Origin: Hormiphora californensis
Lineage: Eukaryota > Animalia > Ctenophora
Length of the DNA stretch: 64,000 bases
NCBI GenBank assembly: GCA_020137815.1
Contig: CM035354.1
Location: forward strand, 1,054,001 to 1,118,000
Direction: 5' to 3'
The notes below the pieces were generated by a model, which made no database searches, had not been told where the DNA came from, and worked only from the letters and a program-made list of their open reading frames with translations. The number at the start of each line of letters is the position of its first letter. The first letter of the stretch is position 1. Shown here piece by piece: positions 12,939 through 26,601 of the stretch. Made by a program: the position numbers and the translations under genes.

Positions 12939-14835
12939 ATGAAGCGATATCCATACAACAGGGACGGTCCATCCTCCTTCAAACGGCATCGCGAGGTAAG
13001 TACATTCCCCTCTTTATAAATCCAATTCTGAATTCTCCTCCAGCATATACACCGTGTGTGTTGTTTAGCTCCATTGTCCTCGAGGATATGTACCGTGAAT
13101 GTGTGCTTATGTAACTCTCAACCTTGTTTATCAGGATAACGGTTACTATAACAACAACAGGGGTCCGTATGATTATGATGATGACAGGTTTCGTGGTGGT
13201 GATCGGAGGATGAGGGGAGGTGGAAGGGGTCGTGGTCCAGGTGGTCCAGGACCTGGTGATCGAGGTGGTGGCGGTAGGGGAGGAGGAGGTCAGGGCGCTA
13301 ACCACACTTATATCCCCCGGAGTGATAATGAGACTGAATTCTGTTACGAGTTAGCGGGATACAATTTAGCTGTTGGTATCGATGACGATACTGTGTCCAA
13401 TACACTTTTCAGCAAGTTTGCACAGTTCGGAAAATGTAAACTCGGCCTTGAGGGAGAGGGAAAGGACCGTCTTGCTGTGATAAGTTTCAAGGGTGTTGAA
13501 GATGCGAAAGAAGCCCGGAGATGTCTCCAGGGGATGGTTGTGTTCGATCGAAAACTGTTTATCAAGCCCTACCACGTGTTTCGAGAGGAACAGCAGCTAT
13601 TTGGGGACAGTGAGACCCGTGCCTTCCATAAATACAACAGGGAAACAGAAGGTAACAATAATACTAGCAGGACTTCATCAGCAGGCCGGTCAGACAGGCA
13701 GAGACAGTATAGTGGAGAAGGTCCTGAAGATGATCCTCGTGCTACACGGACGTTATTTGTTGGAAATGTTGAAAATGATTATCCCGAGTCAAGGTTGAGG
13801 GCATTGTTTGAGAGGTTTGGTCGGGTATCAAATGTCGAGATGAAGCGCAATAAAGACAGCCACACGTGTTACGCTTTCGTCAAATTTACTGATGTTCAAG
13901 AAGCCATGAGAGCTAAGGATGAGTTAGATGGATACTCAATCGGTAATAATATGCTGAAAATTGGTTACGGAAAGGGCGTCACTTCAAACCGTATATGGAT
14001 TGGTGGTCTTGGTAGTTGGACACAGAAGTCTGAGCTGGAGACTGAGTTTGATAGGTTTGGGAAGATAACCAAGCTCGACTACAAGGAGGGAGATTATCAG
14101 GGGTATGTAATGTATGAGTCTCAAGACGCCGCTACTGCAGCTCTTAACGAGATGAAGGGGTACCCTCTGGGGGGTCCCTCACATCGTATTACAGTCGACT
14201 ATGCAGATCCTTCTTCCCCCGCCCATCCCTCGTCTGAACCCCGATCTAATGGGAGCTCTATGATGAAGAGCAGTCCCAAGAAACGGTCCTCCTCAAAGCA
14301 GCACAAGTCCGTGTGTAAGACTGAATCTCTAGAGGAGCTATGTAATAGATACCCCATGGCCTGGAAAGGTTCCATTATTCTCAAAACTAATGCCTTCTCT
14401 GTAAAACTATTTTTAGTCGGGGGAGATCCCGCCGTCGCAGAGAAACTCCTTGTGAAGAGCACGATAGGTTCCTCAATCCGCATCACACAACGGCTCAAGT
14501 TGGAGAAACAGAAGCTGGATCAGTTGAACACGAAACTCCAATCAGCAGGTGCAGGTGGTCATTGTATATTGGTCGGCATGACGACACCGGGAGGACCTGA
14601 TCTACCTGATGATGTTCAACACAGACCCTTACGACATCTCCTACAGTACTTTATACAGAAACAGGCCGCTGGTATCAGTACTATTGACGCTGATGGGAAT
14701 ACTGGTGTGCTGCACACATTTGCGCCGTGTGACTTTGCACAGGGCAAGCTACTGAAAGCAGCCCCTAATCTGGAATCAGAACCCTCAAAAGAGGACTACC
14801 TCATTCTCATTCTGGTGAAGGAAGATTCGGAGTAA
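12939..14835 (+). CDS. RBM15: RBM15/Spenito-family RNA-binding protein (3 RRM + C-terminal SPOC)
   Basis: join(12939..12995,13135..14835), in frame. PEDDPRATRTLFVGN; IWIGGLGSW...EFDRFGKI; SPOC domain WKGSIILKTNAF...RITQRLKLE...LHTFAPCDFA. Possible upstream non-coding exon with donor at ~11625. Confidence 0.92.
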
Positions 14836-16032
14836 TGACGTCACGTGTGTGTGATGATGTCACATGTGTGTAATGACGTCACGTGTGTGTGATGAGGTCA
14901 TATTTTACGGGAATACCAGGACACCGTGTGTTTTATTTTTATAGTTTTAACACCACAACAACTACGTTTTTTCTCCCTGCACTGACACTTTCCCCCTCCC
15001 CCAACTCTTGTCTCCCTGACCCCTGTGTGTATCTCCTCCCCGATTATTCTCTGTCTCTTTCGTTCTCCTGCTGCAGTTTAGAAGTGTTTGATTATAATAC
15101 AGCGGCCCATTATCTATATTGAGTAGAAAAGAGAGCGTTATTTATTGCTGTTTATTGTACAATGGAAACAATTCGTTTTAAAAATCATTGCAGTTTTAAT
15201 CACCCCGACCCCCCTGTTAGTTCACTACTTGTCCACCATATCTCATTTCACATGAACAGCACTCCCCTGTTTTTCTCTGTTTTCCCTTTCTCTTACGGTT
15301 AGTGATCCCCTCCTTCTAGCCCCCCGTGTGTGTCTGATGTCATACGGTTCAAGATTAACATCCGGATTGGTGAGTGTCAGATTCATCGTTATAATAGGGT
15401 GCTCCAAATTATCCAATAATGTGGGGTAACCCTATTCATCGTGCAGCTCTTTCCGTTTCGTTAACGCTTCCCGTCGCCCATTCTTTACAGTGGACCACTG
15501 TGGGACCACTGTCAGCATGGTGCTCCGTCATATTGGCCACACGCACAGCAGCACCCCCCCCCCCATGTGTCGTTCCCAGCGTCCAAAACTAACAATATAT
15601 GCAGTTTTGGAGGCTGGGAACGACGCATGGGAGACGCTGTGTGCGTGGCCAATATGACGCAGCACGACTGATAGCAGCAATATATCTGTACCTATCTTTC
15701 TAATCCGACCTTCCTTTTTATGGCATTTTAACTTAACGCATGACGCATGTCCTATTCCACATTTTACCCACCTGGAGCAACCTTTACACATGGTGTTGTG
15801 TACCAGCTGCTTTTCCCAACAACAAAGAGAAAGAGAGAGGGAGGGAGGGAGAGATAGAGAGAGAGAGAGATGGAGGGAGAGTGAGATACAGCGAGATACA
15901 CAGAGAGAGCTCTATACCTGAGCGTCCAATGGTACACAACACATTGTCCGACCCTTGCCTCAATCTTATTTTAGCTGCAGACTACAAACACACACACACA
16001 CACACACACACACTCTCTCTCTCTCTCTCTCG

Positions 16033-16072
<40 letters not shown>

Positions 16073-16283
16073 CTAGCTCTCAGTATTGCTGCGGTTGGAT
16101 CAACTTAACCAGTTACGCAGCTTTGTAAGCTTACACAATCATGTTTCCACAGCAGTTCATTGGACTAAAATCTCTTTTGTACAATCATACCCGCAAAGAT
16201 TCCCCCTCTCTCTATCCCTTCTATATTTCTCTCTCTCATACATTTCCCCTCTTCCTCTCCCTTCCTCTCTTCCCCGTGTCAAT

Positions 16284-16365
<82 letters not shown>

Positions 16366-16571
16366 TCTCTTTCTCTACAAAACAGTCATGTGTGTAGGCA
16401 CGTAGTTGTATACACCTCACTTTTCTCTCTCGGTTTGTGTGTGAACATGGCTCTTGCGACTAGTTAGTTGATAATCACGCCAATTCTCATTGCTCTCTCT
16501 CGAATCTCGATCTTGCTCAGAGCTATCTTCCTGTCTACTTGTCTGCATCTTTCCGTCTACCTACTGCTGTT

Positions 16572-16630
<59 letters not shown>

Positions 16631-16638
16631 TTCTGTCG

Positions 16639-16703
<65 letters not shown>

Positions 16704-16932
16704 TCTCTCAATGTGATCTAGCTGTAATTGTGAGAGCTGGATGCTTGTACATGTAACTTCTTACATTGCTCTTTCTATCTCCCTTGATGACCGGAAATGG
16801 CTCCTCTTTTTGTCTCATTGTTTTCCACCAGCTGTTATTCTTACAGAGTTACGTTACAGACAATCCAACACAGTCCTACACTGCCCTGGTAGCTAGAGCT
16901 AGAGAGACAGTGATAGAGAGAGAGAGGGGGGA

Positions 16933-17046
<114 letters not shown>

Positions 17047-17201
17047 AGAGAGATGTTCGAGACCCCATCACATGGAATAAAAGTCATGGATCACTTGATC
17101 CTGAGCCAGCCCTCTCTCACATCATAAAGCCACAGCTCTCATAAATATTATACCCCCGCTCTAACTTGCCATCTCTGTGTCGTGTATAGGGCAGCCTGAA
17201 T

Positions 17202-20200
17202 ATGGAAGACTTTGGAAACTCTCTGAAGGAAGGACTCGGCAGTCTTGGGTCCATGTCTATCAAGGGGTTCGATAGGGCCAAACAGTTCTCCCAGGAGAAG
17301 ATGGGGAGTGCGGTGAAAACTGAGTACGATCAGGTACGTGTTGTGGGGACCCCCGAGTTCCCCTCCCCCAGGTTCCCTCCCAGTCCCCCCAATCATCTAC
17401 ATAACATATCCTACTTAATATCTTGAACTGTTCGTCCCTTTTTAAAACCTTGTGCAGTTCAATAAAATGCCCCTAACGGCTAACATCAACCCCCCCCCCC
17501 CTCAGGAGTTTGCTGCCCTAGCGGCCCGGGTAGAATGCACCAAGAATTCCATCAACAGTACTGCTAACGCCTCCAGGAACTTCATTCAGCCCAACGTTGG
17601 GGCACGTCTAGAGGACATGTTCAATGAAAAAGTAACAGGTGCGTGCAGTGGTTGGGGGAGATATGGGGTGCGTGATCTTGGGATAGTGATTATGAAGGGG
17701 TACGTGATAGTATATATGATTTGTTGAGTAATAACAAGATTGTGGGATGTGAGGGGTGTGCTCAGGGGGGGGGGGGGGGTCTGAGGATTGGGTATGTGTT
17801 TCATCATTGTTGCTGCCAGCGTATCTCTCAAAATTATTTTTTGTGATCCCAAATCTTGTTTTTGTGTGTGGGATTTTACATGTGTGTGTACGTGTTGCTA
17901 ATCTTGTTGTGTGTGTACGTGACTGCTAACCACCCTGGGTGTGGTTTAAATCTCTCTCCAGCTGTTAACCACACAGTGTGTACAGTGGTTTATATATAAT
18001 ATCTCTCCAGCTGTGTTATAACGTTTCGCTTTATCTATCTCTTTTTCTCTCATCAGCTGCGGAGGGTAGTAACAACGCCAATGTTCGTGATCTGGCCACA
18101 ATGGTACCACGAAGTACGTAGTTAGAAAATAGGTTATCCACATCTCTCTCTTTCTCACTCACACACACACTCTTTCTCTCTCAGTGGTGCTCTGTCATCT
18201 TGGCTGCACGCATAAAGCGTCGCCCAAAGCGTTGTACACGTCGCTGTGTGGCGGCCAATATGACTGTGCAACACTGTCTCTGTCTTAATAATTTCTGAAA
18301 ACGCGACCACCGACCGCAACGTATTTTGGAAACAGCTGAAGCTTATTTCGCTGTGAAGCTGATCGTACACACTGTGGGTTTTCCAAGCACTTTTTTCACT
18401 GTCACGTTTTAACTTTTAGTGCAGCACTCTGTTTTTATTTCCAGCATTATTACACTTCATACTCCCATGATAACCACCTCGGTTAACTCTATGTGGTTAA
18501 CCCTATGTGGTTAACCCTATGTGGTTAACCCTATGTGGTTAACCCTATGTGGTTAACCCTATGTGGTTAACTCTATGTGGTTAACCCTATGTGGTTAACT
18601 CTATGTGGTTAACCCTACATGTGGTTAACTCCATGTGGTTCCTCTCTCAGGGAAAGGATCTGCTATTGACAAGAGAGCAAGTTACGCTGATCTTCTGGGA
18701 AGCTCCATGAAGAACGGTGGACAGGAGGTAATTAGTTAATTAATTAACCAATCATACCAAAATACCGAATAGTATTCTCGTCATCCCTCCATACTGCTTG
18801 TTTTACCATTGCACGGGTCCGAGCGAGTTACTGTAAAGTATTCATCCCCAACCCCCATCCCCACCTACAGATTGGAGAGACGACCCAGGTTGGGCAGACC
18901 ATGGTTGAGGTTGGGGGCACCTTCGAGAGGATAGGGATGTTGGAGAGAGAGTACCTCAGTGATGTATACACCAAGTTCTTCAAACCTTTCTCCAACCATC
19001 TCCAGGTACTTTACCCACTGTCTTTTTAAATGTAAAGGAGGTTTTGAACATCTCCAGGTTTATGAGATGGAAAACACAAAACAAACGATCAATTTTAGCC
19101 ATATCACTCAGAAAGTGGGTATCTAATGGGGCGGATATCCACCAGATTCCACTAACCTCCTCTTCACACAGGTTGAGTGGGGCAATGTTACCACAGAGAA
19201 GCGAAGACTTGAGCTGGCCCGATTGGATCTGGACGCTGCTAAGGCCAAGGTCCGAACTGCCCGAACTCCCGAGGTCATGCAGCAAAATGAACAAAAGGTA
19301 TGGGCCCGTGTCAAGCACATAAATCTTATCTTACAGCCCTTTCCTTTTTATCTCTATAGTCAGGGCATATGATGTCAAAATAAATTAAAAATGGGCATAA
19401 TTGTTATCAAGCTAATTTCACTTCTAGTAGGCTCTATTAGGTCCTTAGAAACACCAAAAAAAATTGGTCGCGGTTTTATCAATGAAGAAGTTGGGTTTTT
19501 GGGCCACGCCCTTTTACCTATGTTTTTAGCCTTCTGGCGAAACCCAAAAAGGGGCTTAGGAAAGGAGTAGAGACAAATCTAAGGACACTAAAATGTGTAG
19601 CGTCCTCGCATTAGTGGGGGTAGGTGCGGAAATTAAGTCTCTATCTCATCTGGTTAATTAGATAATTGGCTAATTAGATATGCGCATAACCGTATTTTGG
19701 CTAAATGGCTATAGCCACTTAGGAATGGGTTAGAGACTTTTCACTGGTGCCATTTTGTAGGGAATACCCAAGTTATGGGGGGTCGACGTCAAACTTTTAA
19801 GCTCTATCTCCAACCGTTTGACCGCTATTTGGCATTAAAGATGCTCAAAATGAGCAAAAAACGGTAAAAAGCCCGATTTTGAGCATCTTTAAAGCCAAAT
19901 AGCGGCCAAAAGGTTGGAGATAGAGCTTAAAAGTTCGACCTGGACCCCCCATAACTTGGCTATTGCCTACAAAATGGCATCAGTGAAAAGTCTCTAAACC
20001 ATTCCTAAGTGGCTATAGCCATATAGCCAAAATACGGTTATGCGCATATCTAATTATCCAATTATCTAATTAACCAGATGAGATAGAGACTTCATTTCCG
20101 CACCTACCCCCACTAATGCGAGGACGCTACACATTTTAGTGTCCTTAGATTTGTCTCTACTCCTTTCCTAAGCCCCGTTTTGGTTTTCGCCAGAGGGCTA

Positions 20201-20473
20201 AAACATAGGTAAAAGGGCGTGGCCCAAAAACCCAACTTCTTCATTGATAAAACCGCGACCAATTTTTTTGGTGTTTCTAAGGACCTAATAGAGCCTACTA
20301 GAAGTGGAATCAGCTTGATAACAATTATGCCCATTTTTTGTCATCATATGCCCTGACTACTATCTCTTTGTGCTACACACTCTGTGATGGTTCAGTTTGT
20401 TATCTTCTAACCCTCCTTTACATTTGTAAGGGGGGCGCGAAACACAGTCTAGCTAGGCAAGGTTCGGTAGATC

Positions 20474-20566
<93 letters not shown>

Positions 20567-21164
20567 TCTCTCTCTTTCTCCCCTCTGTGATCGCCCTAGG
20601 CGGTACCTGTACCTGATCTTGTCCTTCTCTCTCTCCTTCTCTCCTCTGTGATCGCCCCAGGCGGTACCTGTACCTGATCTTGTCTCTCTCTCTCCTCCCC
20701 TCTGTGATCGCCCTATAGGCGGTGCCTGTACCTGTACCTCTCCTTCTCTCCTTTTCTCTCCTCTGTGATCGCCCCAGGCGGTGCCTGTACCTGATCTTGT
20801 CGCAACGCAGGTCCGAGAGAGCCAGGCGGCATTTGACCGACAGTTTGAGCAGACCAAGATCCTTCTCACGGATGCGGACAGGAAGTCTGGAGAATTCTGT
20901 CATTATTTGGAGGAATTCATTCGTAGCCAGGTGAGTTATCATGCCCCCGGGCCCCGGCCCCCACCGTCATCATAGGGTTATGATAAATACTCTTTAATAA
21001 ACAGGGAACCTGCTGCTTCCCGTGATTTCCCTCTATTTCTTGTACTGAATAAAACCATTATAGATGTACATATTTAGACAAACTAAGGCATTTCTTTTCA
21101 GATGAACTACCACGAGCAAGCACATAAAATGTTGGAGGAGACTTATAACAAGATGAAGCAATAA
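17202..21164 (+). CDS. Endophilin-B-like N-BAR protein lacking SH3 (261 aa)
   Basis: Exons 17202-17333, 17506-17638, 18651-18727, 18871-19005, 19172-19297, 20811-20930, 21102-21164 splice in frame (GT-AG). RAKQFSQEKMGSAVKTEYD, QPNVGARLE, KRRLELARLDLDAAKAKV, AFDRQFEQTKILL match endophilin B. Confidence 0.85.
18481..18640 (+). repeat. 14-bp tandem repeat (ggttaaccctatgt), about 11 copies, abutting an intron 3' splice site
   Basis: Array ends at ...gtggttcctctctcag|exon 18651. Confidence 0.9.
19357..20359. mobile_element. About 1-kb fully palindromic MITE, TAGTCAGGG...CCCTGACTA ends, 3-bp TSD CTA; possibly Academ-like
   Basis: Left half is a near reverse complement of the right half. CTA at 19354-56 and 20360-62. 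Lies in endophilin intron 5. Confidence 0.85.
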
Positions 21165-21719
21165 AGACCTGCTCTCTATTTAATTACATGTGTGTCCCTT
21201 TTTGATCCTAATTTTAACAAGAGTATACCTTAGTTTTTCCTCGCCCCATGATGATATGTTCATCATGGTAGTCCTAAAATACCTCCCTGCGTGATAGTTG
21301 TATATCTTTATGACTGAAAAAATATGCAACCCCGATTTATTGTGGGCTATTTAGTTTAAAGTAGTGATTTTGAGAAGTTTGTTTGCCAGTACAGGTATCG
21401 TCACAGTTGCCTGAGTGTTCCCCATGGTCCTTTAGAGGATTGGAGGGGAATCTCTGCCGATTGTCATGGTACAATTTATTGTAAAGGACGCGAAAGAGTT
21501 GTGTTTTTTGAGAAAATGCTTAAAAATATATATGGTGCAGGATTCCATTTTCGTGTAAATTACATTGCAGTGTAATCTGAGTGTATTTCATTGATCCAAA
21601 AGAGAAACTCGGGCAATCGTTACTTTGTATTGAACATGTATAGATAGCCCCCTCCCTGAAATCCACCAAAACAGTTCTTTTTTAAATCGTTGATTTCAAC
21701 TCAAAATTTTGGACTTGTT

Positions 21720-21850
21720 TTGGTACGCGCATAACTGAAGCCGCGCGACTTTGATCTCACAACGCGCGGCGCCTATTATTTAAGGTAACTGTGCCGCGCG
21801 TTTTTAAAAACAACCCACACGGTTCGAACTTTTCAAGATGGCCGTTTTTG
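21720..21850 (+). promoter_or_regulatory. Putative promoter (CpG/CGCG-rich, YY1-like CAAGATGGCCG)
   Basis: Local cluster of CGCG motifs and caagatggccg at ~21835, upstream of the exonuclease gene. Confidence 0.35.
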
Positions 21851-22300
21851 TAACTTTTTCTTTTTCGTCGTGTTTTTTTTGCTTTGGCTCATGAGTTTTT
21901 ATGAGGTCATCGATTCTTACCAATTAAACCAGTCGATACTGTTTTAAAGTGAATAATGGGAGCTGCATTGGGCAAAGTTAAAATCTGGGTGCCTTCCATT
22001 GCTAAAAATTCATCGATTTCGGCGTTCGAGACAGGTTAGGGCTGTTGTTAGCCTAACAATGTTAGGGTCGGGTTAGGGTTTTGTTTAGGGTTATCGGTTA
22101 GTGCTGTCGATTCTCTACCAAATACCGTTTAGATCACTCAAATCGGCCATGTGGCTATAGCCGAGTTGTCTTGCAGCAAAAACATAATTCAAGCAAATAA
22201 ACCCTCTAAAGTTCCTCTTTGAAGCTGATAGCGTATTAAGAAGTACCAGGTACCACCAAAACAAGGACCGATTATTCGAAAAGTTTCGGAAAAGAAGACT

Positions 22301-25300
22301 ATGAAAAAGAAACGGAAGGCAGTTGAGATCAACCAGGAACCATCAACTTCTCCCACCGATTCTAAAAGGTGCTTGTTACCATCACACATTTGATATTAAC
22401 ATGTACTACAACTATTTACTGTGAACATGGGACTTGTCACCCAAAATATGTGTATTTACAGCACTCGACTCATACAGTTATCATTCCTTTCTGACAGTCT
22501 CACATCCAGCCCCACAGAACCTACTACTGAGATGTCCCGGAAGAGCAAGAGAAAGCGAAAGGGAGTTAGCAAGGGCGACAACAGAACACATACTAAACCG
22601 TGTAGTAGTGCTAACGGACAGGCCAACGGGCAACAAGAGAACCCTTATGAGTATTGTGAAGTTACAGTGTTGAAAAACTTTGGGGAAATCAAAACGAAAG
22701 ATATCCAGACACTCGCACTTCACTATCTCGGTAAGTAGGACCTTCCCTTTTCCAGTTTTCTTTTGGTCTACCGAACGGTGTGAGCCACACAAGTTTTCTT
22801 TACTAAACCCAATGAACTTATAATGACCGCATTTTGTACCAGGTTGTTCCCAGTATCTCCCAGAGTGGTGTATGGTATCCAATAGGGGGTCAGGACACAG
22901 CGTCTGTGTGATTATGATCGAGGCCCTCTACCCTTTTGTATACAAGTGAGTCACAAGTCGAGAATAATAAATTGTGATTCTATGTTGATTTATATGCAGT
23001 AAAACAAGCTAAACTCAACTTCAATTCCAGAACATTAGGAGCAGTTCACATGCCCAATTTTGCGGGGCTTTTCCCGGAGGGACCGGTAACGATACAAAAT
23101 CCTGGCAGCGACCTCTTTGTCACCCCAGCATCGTCAGCATTACTTGAGAAGGAACCTCGGAAACGATCATCAGATTCTGCATCCAGTAAGTTTGTGTAAT
23201 TTTGTAAGTCCTGTCTCTTCCAGCCCATCGTTACCACGTTTTCTATCCACAAGCATAGTGTCTCCTATATAATTGCGCTACTCTATCCTTGGCCCTCCTT
23301 CCCTACCTCACTCACTACCTCTTTCCGCGTCTCCATCCCTACTTCCTGGCTCCCCCTACACCTCTCAATACCTCCCAATTAATCCTCAACCCTCCATACC
23401 TCCCCCTCTCCCCTTTTAGAGAACGGTGAGTCATCCAAGAAGTTTCCCCCGGTTGAAGAGTACGTGTTGAGTAAGGACCACATGTTAGCACATGAGTACC
23501 CTGCAGAGGATCTGGTGGATAAAGAACCAGCCGTGTGGACTAGGTAGGTATTAGTGTAGTTACTGGGGGGGGGGGGTGGACTAGGTAGGTATTAGTCATA
23601 CTAACTGGGGGGGGGGGTAACTAGGTAGGTATTGGTCATACTAACTGGGGGGTGGACTAGGTAGGTATTAGTGTGCTAACTGGGGGGGGGGGGGGATGGT
23701 AACTAGGTAGGTACTGGGGGTGGACTAGGTAGGTGAACTGACTTGGTGATCGATATCACTATTATAGTCCCCTGACTAATGTACGACCTGTACTTACTGG
23801 TAGAATGGATTTATAGAAATGTTAAATAATGGGAGATGCCACCTGACTGATCTACATAACTTGTTAGTGTGGTTCAACTGGAGAAATGTTGACAAAATGT
23901 TGCACTCGACCAAATACAGACAACTGCACATATGCGAAACAGACGTGAACTGCACTACTCAAACATAGACACACCGACAAATGCATAATAATTACGGTAA
24001 GAGAGAGATCTAGAAAAAGAGAGAAATATTAGAACTATTATCTCTCTGTAAGGTAGGTGAACTAACTGGGGGGTGGACTAGGTAGGTGAACTGAGTACTA
24101 ACTGGGGGGGGGGGTAACTAGGTGAACCTGACTAAATGGTAGATGCCACCTGACTAAATGGTAGAGTACTGACGGGCCGGGTGGGGGGGGAGGTGGGTAA
24201 CTAGGGTCTAGGTGAACTGACTTGGTGGGGTACTGTGTTGGTGGCCACTGTCACTACTCACTAGTCCCCTGACAGATTTATACTAAAGAAATGTTGACTA
24301 AAAGTTAAATAATGGGAGATGCCACCTGACTGATGTACGTAACTTGTTAGTGTGGTTCTACTGGAGAAATGTTGACAAAATGTGTTCCACTCGACCAAAT
24401 ACAGACAACTGCAGCACACATGCGAAACAAACATGAACTGCACTACTCAAACACAGACACACCGACAAATACATAATTATTATTACGGTAAGAGAGATTT
24501 AGAGAGAAATATTAGAACTATTATCTCTATAAGCCAGTGTGTAAACATGTGGTGTTTGTTATTGAATGTCCCCGATTGAAAGTACACTCTTCCACCGCAG
24601 GTTCAAAGGAAACAGCGCAATAGAAGCAAAACCACACCAGCTCTACGCTATTGATTGTGAGATGTGTAAGACAGCTGCTGGATCAGAACTCACCCAGATA
24701 GCAATCGTGGATGAAACTCTAGACTGTATCTACAAGACTTATGTGAAACCACCCAACCCTATCGTGGACTACCTGACCACCTTCAGTGGGATTACCGCAG
24801 AGGTGTTACAGGGTGTTACTACCACGTTGGAAGACGTTGTCGCCCATATCAACTCCATCTTACCTCCGCAAGCAATATTCGTGGGACACTCCCTGGAGAA
24901 TGATTTGAAATCTCTGAAATTGTACCACCACCGGGTGATAGATACAGCTATTATATACAGCTCAGGGAAGGGAGGTAGCTTTAAACCGGGACTCCGGTAT
25001 TTAGCCATGAGGCACCTCAAAGCGAAGATACAAGATAGCACACAAGGGCACGATCCAGCAGAGGACGCCATGACTTGTATGAGGCTTGTCAAGGTGAAAG
25101 TTAGACGCGGACCAAACTATGGGATGACACAACAAAACCCAGAGAACAGTCTCTCTGTTTACCTAACCAAAAACAGGAAGACTGGAGTGTTTGTAGATAA
25201 ACCTATCGTGGCCCAACAGCACTGTCACGGTCTTGCCCAGGCACTTCCCGCAATATCTGATGAGGTAGCACTAGAACTATTCACCAAACGGCTCATGGGA

Positions 25301-25600
25301 AAGGACAAGTTCTATTGGCTGCACATGTACAAGCTTGAACCAGTCTATCGTGCGTGTACCACCATCCACGACATGATCAACAACCCAACTCTCCCGGCTG
25401 CCCTGCGGTTTATTGATGAGGCGATTGGTGCTATTTATGCAGCACTACCCCAGGACACACTACTGTGTCTCTACTCTGGGTGTAGTGGGTATTGGAAGAA
25501 GCCGCAGTTTAATGGCAGTGATGAAGCGATGAAGGAGTTGATGAAGAATATTGTCAGACAAGTCAGGACTGGGCTCATGTTCCTGAAGGTTAAAAACTAA
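22301..25600 (+). CDS. DEDDh RNA exonuclease, REXO1/REXO5 (Rex1/RNH70)-like
   Basis: Exons 22301-22368, 22498-22730, 22843-22945, 23031-23185, 23420-23543, 24601-25600 are phase-consistent. Exo I AIDCEM, VGHSLENDL, VIDTA, Exo III GHDPAEDA. Confidence 0.88.
23765..24528 (+). repeat. About 270-bp direct duplication within exonuclease intron 5
   Basis: 23765-24047 resembles 24262-24528 (gttaaataatgggagatgccacctgactgat...gaaatattagaactattatctct). Confidence 0.8.
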
Positions 25601-25969
25601 TATAATCAGAAAAGAGGACGGGCATTATATAACTGCACCAGAGGGAAGGGTGTAATGAGAATATCGGAAGATGTTTGACCTATACCTGTTGAAAATACCT
25701 GGTACTTTTTGGGTTTTTAAAAAAACAGATCCATTCCTGGGGGATGATGTTGTTTTTTAATATTGGCAATGAGTCAAAAAACGCACGTATGCGCTAAAAT
25801 TTTAACAAACATTCCGAAAGACAAAACTGAAGCTATAAGTTTTATAGTTTTTGCATCTATTTAACATTTCTATGCTCTCTTTTAAAACTTATATTTGGTC
25901 CTCTTCAATTGTCGTCTAACTTCCCCCAAATTCCCTTCTGACCCCATTTTAAATTCCCCTCCCTGATCC

Positions 25970-26600
25970 CCCACTAACCCCCTCCCCCCTAACTAACATC
26001 GTCTCTTTCCATCTAGAGACACACCCCTCCCTCACTAACACACCCTCCCCTCCCTCACTAACACCCCCCCCCCCCCCACACTAACACACCAAACCCCTCC
26101 CCTCACTAACAAACACCTTCCCTCCCTCACTAACACTCCCCTCCCCTCTCCCAATAACATCGTCTCCTTCCAAGTTCCATCTAGAGACACACCCCTCCCT
26201 CACTAACACACATCCCTCCCTCACTAACCCCTTTCTCCTTCCATCTAGAGACACACTCCTCCCTAACTAACATCCCTCCCCTCAATAACACTTTCTCTTT
26301 CCATCCCTCACTAACATCTTCTGTTTCCATCTAGAGACACACCCCTCCCCTCCCCTCCCCTCAATAACACTTTCTCTTTCCATCCCTCACTAACATCTTC
26401 TGTTTCCATCTAGAGACACACCACACCCCTCCCCTCCCTAACACTCCCCTCCCTCACTAACACACATCCCTCCCTCACTAACCCCTTTCTCCTTCCATCT
26501 AGAGACACACTCCTCCCTAACTAACATCCCTCCCCTCAATAACACTTTCTCTTTCCATCCCTCACTAACCCCTTTCTCTTTCCATCTAGAGACACACCAC
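25970..26600 (+). repeat. Complex C-rich tandem array (cactaac / ccatctagagacacac) ending at the NSA2 start
   Basis: About 7 copies of ccatctagagacacac and many of ccctcactaac. The last copy lies directly before ATG 26602. Confidence 0.85.
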
Positions 26601-26601
26601 A

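Noticed and set aside
22040-22095. TTAGGG-like motifs
   Set aside because: Only 3-4 degenerate, non-tandem copies; not an interstitial telomere.
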